Assembly (NCBI GenBank): GCA_016186045.1
Contig: JACPMJ010000005.1
Location: 7,143-71,142, forward strand
Length of the DNA stretch: 64,000 nucleotides
DNA from: Candidatus Uhrbacteria bacterium
GTDB lineage: Bacteria > Patescibacteriota > Patescibacteriia > JACQRZ01
Reading direction: 5' to 3'
The position numbers and the translations under genes were made by a program. The notes under the pieces were generated by a model. That model ran no database searches and had not been told where the DNA came from. It saw nothing but the letters and a program-made list of their open reading frames with translations. Below are positions 38,716 to 46,185 of this stretch, piece after piece (positions within the stretch are counted from its first letter, which is position 1; each line of letters starts with the position of its first letter).

Positions 38716-39381
38716 CTATGCGGCGCTCTCTTCGGTGTCGCTCTCACTTTCACTTGGCAAGACCAGAGCCTCGAACACGAGATCCTTTTCCTCCTCGTAC
38801 TTGAGGACGTCGAACTTGGTGACGATGAACTTGCCGAATCGCGGCCGATAGTCGCCAATGCCATTGTGTTGGCCTGCGCGGACGAGAATGCTCTGAAGCA
38901 CCTCTACCGGCAAGATGCGTTCGTCCAAAACGGAGAGCGTGAATTCCGTGCACCACTCCTCCAAGCGAGGCCGTGCGCGAAGCACACGGGCGGTACCGAT
39001 ACGTGCCGGACGCTTGTCGATGGCGTAGTCGTAGAGCTTCTCTCCCTTGAGATTCGTGATTCCCGAATACTCTGGAAAGACGCCTACGCCGCCCTTCACC
39101 GGATCCTTGAAGGTCTTCTTTCCCTGCCCCTTCACTTGGAAGGAGCTTGCCGCCTTTACCATGGTTTGGTAGACGTGCTCTCCGGGAACGCAGAGCTGGC
39201 CCTTCTTGTCGCCATTCGCCGGGTCAAGGCGATAGGCTCCCTGCTCCGCCTCCACCTCCGGGAGTGGCGGACCTGTCTTTCTGGACTTGACCGTGCCCTC
39301 CAGCTCGGCCGTGGCCTCCATGGAGAACTTGTGCATGAGAAGAGGGGCAGATCCTTGGATTTTCACTGCGACTTCGTACAT
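38716..39381 (-). CDS. Stand-alone RAMP/Cas7-like protein
   Basis: N-terminal strand VKIQGSAPLLMH, LCVPGEHV (cf. IPGSS) and C-terminal Gly-rich loop GIGDYRPRFGKF. AAGGAGGT RBS. The CDS call is firm; the fold is inferred. Confidence 0.7.
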   Translation of the reverse strand: MYEVAVKIQGSAPLLMHKFSMEATAELEGTVKSRKTGPPLPEVEAEQGAYRLDPANGDKKGQLCVPGEHVYQTMVKAASSFQVKGQGKKTFKDPVKGGVGVFPEYSGITNLKGEKLYDYAIDKRPARIGTARVLRARPRLEEWCTEFTLSVLDERILPVEVLQSILVRAGQHNGIGDYRPRFGKFIVTKFDVLKYEEEKDLVFEALVLPSESESDTEESAA

Positions 39382-39422
39382 CTCTCGTACCTCCTTACCT
39401 TAAATTGAGAGAGTTTTCGAAT

Positions 39423-39508
39423 GGGCCCTACCTTACCGTGCCTTACCACGCCTTACCACGCCTAACCTCGCCACGCCCAGCCAGACCGCAACCCCACCAG
39501 ACCAAACC
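39423..39508 (-). repeat. GGY-NN pentamer array A (17 units, one of 6 nt), upstream of the RAMP-like gene; putative guide RNA
   Basis: Minus strand: GGTTT GGTCT GGTGG GGTTGC GGTCT GGCTG GGCGT GGCGA GGTTA GGCGT GGTAA GGCGT GGTAA GGCAC GGTAA GGTAG GGCCC. Confidence 0.85.
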
Positions 39509-39575
39509 CTATATGAGTATAAAGCGGGCTGGTAAGCTGATTTCCTTATAAAAAGGATACATTGAGGACGAGCTT

Positions 39576-39605
39576 AGTATAGAACACATTGTATGGTTTT
39601 GTCAA
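39576..39605 (-). promoter_or_regulatory. Sigma70 promoter for array A and the RAMP-like gene
   Basis: TTGACA-18 nt-TATACT on the minus strand. Confidence 0.6.
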
Positions 39606-39619
39606 GGGTCAATACCCTG

Positions 39620-39656
39620 AAAAAAGAAAAAGGGTTCGACGTATTTGTCGAACCCG
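39620..39656 (-). terminator. Intrinsic terminator after the RNAP-like gene
   Basis: GGGTTCGAC...GTCGAACCC stem followed by a T-tract on the minus strand. Confidence 0.65.
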
Positions 39657-39667
39657 TGGGTTTTTGT

Positions 39668-41908
39668 TTAGGAGAGACTGAATACGAGATTATCCAGACT
39701 TCCAAGTAGGAACGGAGTATCACTCAGTGCGCACGCGGCGATTTTTTCGCACGTGAGTGAGGTGAGTGATGCCGTGTATCTTTCTTTGGACGGTACGGGA
39801 CTTTCCTTCAACTCCTGCTGTGCCTCCTCGCACAATGGAAGGTGAATGGCGAGATGCTCGCCGCCAAAGGAGATACCGAAGGCGCTGGCGTCAGAAGGAT
39901 TCAGCCGAATCGCTTCACCCCAATCTTCCCTCCGGGAGAGATGCATACGCATGGGAACGTATATGTCGGAATACGTCGCAAGGACCATGTGGTGATCCAT
40001 GTATGCCGACATCATCTCGAGGATATACGGTTCGAGTACTCCGCCTTCGAGCAAAACACCCGCCTCCTTTACGGTCATTGCTCGGCCGTCGGCGACAATC
40101 GTACTCATGATGATCGGTTTGAGAAGTTCAGTCGCGATAGTGGTCGGGATTCCCAGCATCTTTTTTTGAAGAGAGGGATCCGGCACACACACCGCGGTTG
40201 CGGAATAGTCTACCCGCCGCTCATAGAAGTCTCTCGCGGCATTATCGATCTCCATATCGATACTCTGAAGAAGACGGCCAAATGAACCCTGGAGTGTGGT
40301 ATTGCGCATCAGCGTTTCTACCGCCTCCTGTACCATTTGGCACTCGTTTCTGATGATGATCTCTGGGGCACCCATCTCCATCAGACGACTGACACGATTA
40401 TTCCTACCGATAATGCGTCGATACAGATCGTTGAGATCTGATGTTGCGAAAGTTTTTGCATCGTATCGGACCATCGGTCGGAGGTTGGTGGGCAGAACCG
40501 GGAGATTGCGTATAAGGAAGCGTGAGATATCAACCCCTCGCTCCATGCACACGCTCTCGAGTGCCGCCACTCCCCAGTCGCTTGGTTCGGCATCGTCATC
40601 ATCATCCACTATGGATCGTTTGTAATCGATGACAGCGAGAATGCCCTCGATATCTCCGATGCCGACTTGTGCAATAGTTTGTGCACATTGCAGCTTGAGC
40701 CATGGATGGACAACCGGAATCGCAAGTTTGATATGACCAAACCTGCTATTCGGTGCCAAGTGTGTATCAACTTGGACGCCGCACTTCATGCACGTGATAC
40801 CCTTATGCCTGATGCCCTCGAGTCTGCCACAACTGCACTTCAGATCTCGGCCGTTTCCGAAGATCGCCTCGCAGAAGAGACCTTCGTGTTCTGGCTTCAA
40901 TGTTTTGTAGCTGATGGTCTCTGGACGTTTTACCTCGCCGTGTGACTGCTTGACGATCTGCGCATCGGTTATGCGCATGATATGTAGAGCACCATCTTCA
41001 ACTTTCGTTGAGAAACCGCACCCAACCATCAATGTTGCAAGTCGATGTGCGGAGTGAGTCGGTGGTGTTTCCAATGCGGGGACGGGATTTCGGAGAAGCA
41101 ATGCTTCATATGCTGTTGCTCGCGCGCGTATGCCGCTTGATTTGACCATAGCCATTTCCACAGCGTTCTGTACGTATCCGAGGTGCGCAAACTTTTGGAT
41201 GTTGACCTTTTGTCCTGGATTTGGATGTTCCGATAGGGGCTGTTGAGTGACTAGGCTATACCGTCCAGTCGAACGTCCAGCCAACTTGTCTTCCATGCGC
41301 CGCGTTATTTTCGTGAGTTTCACGGCACGAAATGCAGGACCATCCGAATCCGGAACTGGAAGTCCCTTGAGGATATCAGCGTCTGGATGGACGAGAATAT
41401 CCGTACCAAAGGAAAAGCATCCCTTGGCGCTGAACCCTGCTACGACCAAGGTATGGCCGTGGTTATCATTAAGGACATCGCCGACAGCCAGCTTGCGCTG
41501 GATGAGGAGGTCGATGGTTACGACCTTACCCTTGTTGAAATCCTTGATCTCTACGTTTGTGACCAACGCCTCATCCCGCTGTTTTGCGATCGCGACGATG
41601 GGTTGTGTCTGGGCAAGCGTTGCGGCGAGTACCGAGCGCTGTGCGACTTTCGTACCGACCATCACTACGCCATTCTTATCCAGATTCGCACCCGGAAAGT
41701 ACCCCTCGAAGTCTGCGGGTTTTGCGCTTTTTGCCGGCGCATCGATAGAGAATGGTGACTGGCGCTCCAGAAGCGCGGTGTCAAACCGCCCCTGATCGCG
41801 CACCTCCTCTGATACGATGCAGGCGTTGCCGGTCAGCTGCGGATATGTCCGCAGAAGGTTTTTTCCGGCTATTCGGAGTCTGAGTCTTGATTTCCCATCC
41901 AGGATCAT
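39668..41908 (-). CDS. Degenerate RNA polymerase beta(C-term)-beta'(N-term) fusion protein
   Basis: RpoB-like RSTGRYSLVTQQPL. RpoC-like GEVKRPETISYKTLKPEHEGLFCEAIFG, C4 zinc finger, ATSDLNDLYRRIIGRNNR and RVDYS. NADFDGD is replaced by GISFGGE. Confidence 0.85.
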   Translation of the reverse strand: MILDGKSRLRLRIAGKNLLRTYPQLTGNACIVSEEVRDQGRFDTALLERQSPFSIDAPAKSAKPADFEGYFPGANLDKNGVVMVGTKVAQRSVLAATLAQTQPIVAIAKQRDEALVTNVEIKDFNKGKVVTIDLLIQRKLAVGDVLNDNHGHTLVVAGFSAKGCFSFGTDILVHPDADILKGLPVPDSDGPAFRAVKLTKITRRMEDKLAGRSTGRYSLVTQQPLSEHPNPGQKVNIQKFAHLGYVQNAVEMAMVKSSGIRARATAYEALLLRNPVPALETPPTHSAHRLATLMVGCGFSTKVEDGALHIMRITDAQIVKQSHGEVKRPETISYKTLKPEHEGLFCEAIFGNGRDLKCSCGRLEGIRHKGITCMKCGVQVDTHLAPNSRFGHIKLAIPVVHPWLKLQCAQTIAQVGIGDIEGILAVIDYKRSIVDDDDDAEPSDWGVAALESVCMERGVDISRFLIRNLPVLPTNLRPMVRYDAKTFATSDLNDLYRRIIGRNNRVSRLMEMGAPEIIIRNECQMVQEAVETLMRNTTLQGSFGRLLQSIDMEIDNAARDFYERRVDYSATAVCVPDPSLQKKMLGIPTTIATELLKPIIMSTIVADGRAMTVKEAGVLLEGGVLEPYILEMMSAYMDHHMVLATYSDIYVPMRMHLSRREDWGEAIRLNPSDASAFGISFGGEHLAIHLPLCEEAQQELKESPVPSKERYTASLTSLTCEKIAACALSDTPFLLGSLDNLVFSLS

Positions 41909-42022
41909 CGGATTCCTCCTTGCATCCCGTCTTCCGACAGGTAAAGCCCGGTTTTCCCGAGCGTGTCAAAGAACCGATAGTAATGTACATGCATGAATTA
42001 TATATTGTCAAGGAGCTGTACT

Positions 42023-42152
42023 GAGGCCGTTGCAAAACTCAGCTAAGCATGTCATTCCCGCGAAGGCGGGAATCCAGTTCTTTTAATTTAAGAAGAATTC
42101 TGGATCCCCGATCAGGTCGGGGATGACAATCGGAGGGTTTTGCAACGGTCTC
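42023..42152. mobile_element. MITE with IS5-family-like terminal inverted repeats enclosing a REP-like hairpin
   Basis: GAGGCCGTTGCAAAACTC / GGGTTTTGCAACGGTCTC ends. Flanking direct repeat TGTCAAGGAGCTGTAC at 42006-42021 and 42158-42173. Confidence 0.6.
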
Positions 42153-42195
42153 TGTACTGTCAAGGAGCTGTACAGCGCGAGTACATAGGTAACAC

Positions 42196-42507
42196 TTACT
42201 TGTCGCCAAAGCGCTTTTTATATCGCGCAGTAATCTCATCCACGAGATACTTTAAGAAAGTATCTTCTCTTACCGTTTTTAGTACCGGCTCCTCGAGAAT
42301 ATCGAGCAGAAATACTCCTGAGGCGACGAGTGTGAAGCAGATGCCGCATTCATCCGCATGCATGTCTCTCGGCTTTCCTGTACTTACGGCGATCGCCGTC
42401 CGAAGAATTTGTACGTCGCTGAAATGCGGATTTTCTCCGACCGATCGGATTCCGATCGAACGAAGAATCATGATCATCATCTCCTCACCCATCTGATTTT
42501 TCTTCAC
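42196..42507 (-). CDS. Hypothetical protein
   Basis: GTG start after an AAGGAGG RBS, within ORF 42196..42672. Confidence 0.55.
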   Translation of the reverse strand: MKKNQMGEEMMIMILRSIGIRSVGENPHFSDVQILRTAIAVSTGKPRDMHADECGICFTLVASGVFLLDILEEPVLKTVREDTFLKYLVDEITARYKKRFGDK

Positions 42508-42701
42508 ATTTCCTCCTTCGAGAATTCTTTTTAATCCCATCCATGTGCGCACACAGATATATGGATTAGCCAAAAATCCTCTCTTCAGGAAATCTACTAT
42601 ACATAGTAGTGATTTCCTGGAGAGAAGGCGCGAAGGTTTCTCTATGTCCTTCGCGCAAATATTCCTGAGCACCTATCAGTCAAGAACTACTCGTTCTCCT
42701 A

Positions 42702-44108
42702 CTATGGCACGAGGCGCTTGTAGCGACGATTGATATATCGCCGCATGAATCCGGAAACTTGCGCCTCCGCATGGAACTTAGCGTGCCCGATACTCATACG
42801 ACGCCCATCACTGACGAAGCAGTTCAGGAAGTCCTGATCCGTCATCGTGGTAACCACCTTGAGTCGCTCATCGTCAAGGATTGCCTTGAATTCTGGCACG
42901 AGTGCGAGTCGTGACGGAATTTTCAGGTCATTCCCAAGATCAACGGCGTTCCCGAATAGTTTATTGGGATCTACTCTACCGAGTCGCGCGGCCATGGCTC
43001 TGAAGTGAGTCATAATCTGACTCCTGTAGCGAGTCTTATACGGCTCTTGCACGAATACCGCCTCGGGCACGTGGCGATAGTCATGGATGAAAGCAGCATG
43101 CGCCAGCGCATTAGCGATAACAGTATCTGCTGTCGCCAACTCGCGAGCCACAAGCTCCTCCATTCGCCCCGTGAATTCATTCGGAAAGAGATACACAAGA
43201 CGCTGAAATGTTTTGCGATCGTCCCCTTTTGGCACACCCGGAAGAGCATCGAAGAAAGCGTTGATGATATCCCTCCTCGTCTCTTCGTCATAGTCGAGGT
43301 ACCAGCACCGCTGGCTGACGACGCTGATATCCCCGCTCCAATAGAGGTACCGTCGCGACGGAACCTCCATGCCACGCAGGAGCTCCTCCACGATCAGATA
43401 GATCAGCTGATCGCCCTCCAAGATACGATTCTTTTGGGCTTCGTTCTGGAAAGCGAAATGCCGACTTGCATAATCGATCACCTCTCGAATGAGCGCTGGC
43501 TCGATCCGTCCATCCGATGTGAATGCCTTGGACCGGAACTCGATCACGTCGCGAATGTCCGCAACTGGAATAGGAATGAACCCGACGTGTCCGTCCCGCC
43601 GTTTCTCCCGTTGGGCGATCGCGGCAGCCGCTTGCTTCCGACGAAGTGACCCTGTGGCGTACTGGACAATGAAATCAACCACCGGAAAGGACCGCTCGAT
43701 CTGAACGGGTTCCGTCCTATTCTCGTTGACAGGAAGGTCAATCACTGTGCGTCCGAGGCACGCCGCCGAGAAAATCGGCGGGATGCCAGCCGCTCTGAAG
43801 TCGCGTGCGCGCTGTTCGATCTTGTCTAGCAGCGCTGACGATGCCATCTGTTCACCAGCTAAAACGAGTTTTAGGTGATCGTAATGTGGGCCGTAAAAAT
43901 ATCCCTCACACATCACGAGAAAGCGCCGCGCTCGCTGACACGCAGATTCATATTCCCGTAAGTCAACGAATGTATATACATTGTCTCGCTTACGGTAGAG
44001 GCGCTTGATACCCGCCTGATTGAATACCTCTTCAGAGATACTTCGAACACTTAGGTTACCAGCAAGCTGGCTTATCTGAGCTGCCAATTGAGAAGTGCTC
44101 CGGGCCAT
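42702..44108 (-). CDS. Hypothetical protein
   Basis: Long ORF with the ATG at 44108 after AAGGAGG. No recognised motif. Confidence 0.75.
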   Translation of the reverse strand: MARSTSQLAAQISQLAGNLSVRSISEEVFNQAGIKRLYRKRDNVYTFVDLREYESACQRARRFLVMCEGYFYGPHYDHLKLVLAGEQMASSALLDKIEQRARDFRAAGIPPIFSAACLGRTVIDLPVNENRTEPVQIERSFPVVDFIVQYATGSLRRKQAAAAIAQREKRRDGHVGFIPIPVADIRDVIEFRSKAFTSDGRIEPALIREVIDYASRHFAFQNEAQKNRILEGDQLIYLIVEELLRGMEVPSRRYLYWSGDISVVSQRCWYLDYDEETRRDIINAFFDALPGVPKGDDRKTFQRLVYLFPNEFTGRMEELVARELATADTVIANALAHAAFIHDYRHVPEAVFVQEPYKTRYRSQIMTHFRAMAARLGRVDPNKLFGNAVDLGNDLKIPSRLALVPEFKAILDDERLKVVTTMTDQDFLNCFVSDGRRMSIGHAKFHAEAQVSGFMRRYINRRYKRLVP

Positions 44109-44359
44109 TGCTGGCCTCCTTTCAAATTTCAATGAAATTTCAATGAACTTTCCCCTCACCTTCAAAACACCACTAATTGATGTCCTGAAGAGAAAGTGGG
44201 AGCAAATCAGTACGAATACTATCTACTCCCAAATTACTTCAACCCCGTATCTTTTCACGCGCCGGCGATTATCCCGGCAAACTTCGCGACGGCCCCTTCG
44301 ACAAGGACGCTCGTCACCTCCTCGTCCATGCAGTCATGAATATACTCCCTTCTTCTTGG

Positions 44360-45055
44360 CTATACTGACGTTGGAACGTAAAACTCAAGAATGTCGATAG
44401 TTCGTTCGATGCCGTCTCGTATTGTGTCTATCATGGAGACAAGTTCCTCTATAGATCGATACGCGAGCGGTGGTGCTTCTGGAAGAACCAGCGACGGTTC
44501 GCTCGACCCTTGTCCGAAGAGCTGTGAGATAATCCTCCTACCATTACTTGGTAGGGTACGCGCCTCTCGAAGTTGATTCTCGTACTCCCACCGAAGATCC
44601 CGGATCAAATTTCTGTACTCAATACGAGCCAGATCCTCTACCCAGACTTTATCCTCCTTAACCTCAATGATCATCTCACCTTTTAGACGTTCTGGCCCGA
44701 GCAGATATCTATCACTCTCTTTGTCATACCGACAACCCACATAATTTGCTATGGAGCCTAAGTATAGAGCTCTATGGCCTGCCCAACGAATCCGTATGAC
44801 GGTTCTGCTAAAAGCAATGTAGAGTGATCCCTCCATATTGTCTCCTTGGGCATGAAAGAGTTGACCACGTTCATGAACGATCCCCATGTTGGGGTTTACC
44901 TTATGTCCCATCCTCCAATGTCCAACGGAAACAAGACCGCCAATCTTTTGGAGTTTCTTGGTCTCCGAGAGTACATCGAGTACATGCATCAGCTCGTTAT
45001 ACTTTTCAGTGAGATTACTCACAGACTCCTGAACGGCCACGTTACAAATTTCCAT
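44360..45055 (-). CDS. Hypothetical protein
   Basis: 231-aa ORF with a GGAG RBS. Confidence 0.65.
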   Translation of the reverse strand: MEICNVAVQESVSNLTEKYNELMHVLDVLSETKKLQKIGGLVSVGHWRMGHKVNPNMGIVHERGQLFHAQGDNMEGSLYIAFSRTVIRIRWAGHRALYLGSIANYVGCRYDKESDRYLLGPERLKGEMIIEVKEDKVWVEDLARIEYRNLIRDLRWEYENQLREARTLPSNGRRIISQLFGQGSSEPSLVLPEAPPLAYRSIEELVSMIDTIRDGIERTIDILEFYVPTSV

Positions 45056-45420
45056 GAAATCTCCAGAGAAGGCTATAACCCCACTCGGCCTTTACCGAAT
45101 GCAAGGCGGATTTTCACCCTCACTTCAGAGCATGCAGAGAGAGCTCCGATGCCCTGAAGAGAAGGTGAAATATTTTCTATATCTAAAACATGGCTATTCT
45201 CCTTTCTTCAAGGGTTGAAGATTGTAAGGAACAATTTGTATTACTATAATCCAAATATAACAGAGAGAAATAACATGTCAATAGCAAATTGACCACTTTT
45301 CATTATAATTTCAAGATTATTCTGACCATAATAAAAGGATTTACTACAATAAGAGGAAAATATGTCAGATGTATTTGACATTGTTAAATTATATGATATA
45401 ATTAAATCAACATTCTCTGT

Positions 45421-46185
45421 ATGTATCAAACATTACTCACACAACTCGGACTCGCAGAAAAAGAGGCGACCATCTATGAAACGCTCGTAGAAAAGGGCTC
45501 ATTGACTGCTGGACGCCTACTGAAAGAACTTCCCTACAAACGAGGAGATATGTATTACCTTCTTTCACGATTAAAGGAAAAGGGATTAGTGACAGATGTC
45601 CTTTCCAAAAAGGGAGTTGCAGTATTTACAGCTGCGAATCCCACAACTCTTGAATCACTCGCAGAAAAAGTTCTTGAAAAGGCTCAGCAGATAAAAACAG
45701 GTCTGGATGCCGCACTTCCAAACCTGAAATCTCTATACAATCTCGCAATGGAGAAACCTGGCATGCGCTTCTATGAAGGTGAGGCGGGAATATGGAAACT
45801 ACTCAATGACACTCTTGACTCAAAAACCGAACTTCTCTTTTTGGGTGATCACGACGCAATTAACACTCATATTCCGACACTCAATAAAGATTATGTACTT
45901 AAAAGAAAAAAACGACACATCAAAAAGCGTCTTATCCAATTTGATACGCCATCCGCTCGCGCATTTGCACGTACCGGTGATGAATTCACCGAGGTTCGAC
46001 TTATTGCCACGGATGCGTCAAACATCCGAAGTTTCATGCATATCTATGATAACAAGGTATCGTATGTAACGTTTTTGGAAACCGCATTCATCGGCGTTCT
46101 TATTGAAGATCCAATGTTCTATCAACTTCAACGAGTAATGTTTGAATATATGTGGAAAACTGCCACACGTTTTACGAATTCCTAA
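45421..46185 (+). CDS. TrmB-family transcriptional regulator
   Basis: LGLAEKEATIYETL wHTH, RFYEGEAG and IYDNKVSY. Confidence 0.85.
   Translation: MYQTLLTQLGLAEKEATIYETLVEKGSLTAGRLLKELPYKRGDMYYLLSRLKEKGLVTDVLSKKGVAVFTAANPTTLESLAEKVLEKAQQIKTGLDAALPNLKSLYNLAMEKPGMRFYEGEAGIWKLLNDTLDSKTELLFLGDHDAINTHIPTLNKDYVLKRKKRHIKKRLIQFDTPSARAFARTGDEFTEVRLIATDASNIRSFMHIYDNKVSYVTFLETAFIGVLIEDPMFYQLQRVMFEYMWKTATRFTNS

Noticed and set aside
38591-39508. Pentamer arrays as a classical CRISPR array or simple microsatellite
   Set aside because: There are no 25-40-nt repeats with spacers. The units are not identical copies, since only GGY is fixed.
39668-41908. Functional rpoB/rpoC or phage RNA polymerase
   Set aside because: It is far too short and the catalytic aspartate motif is absent.
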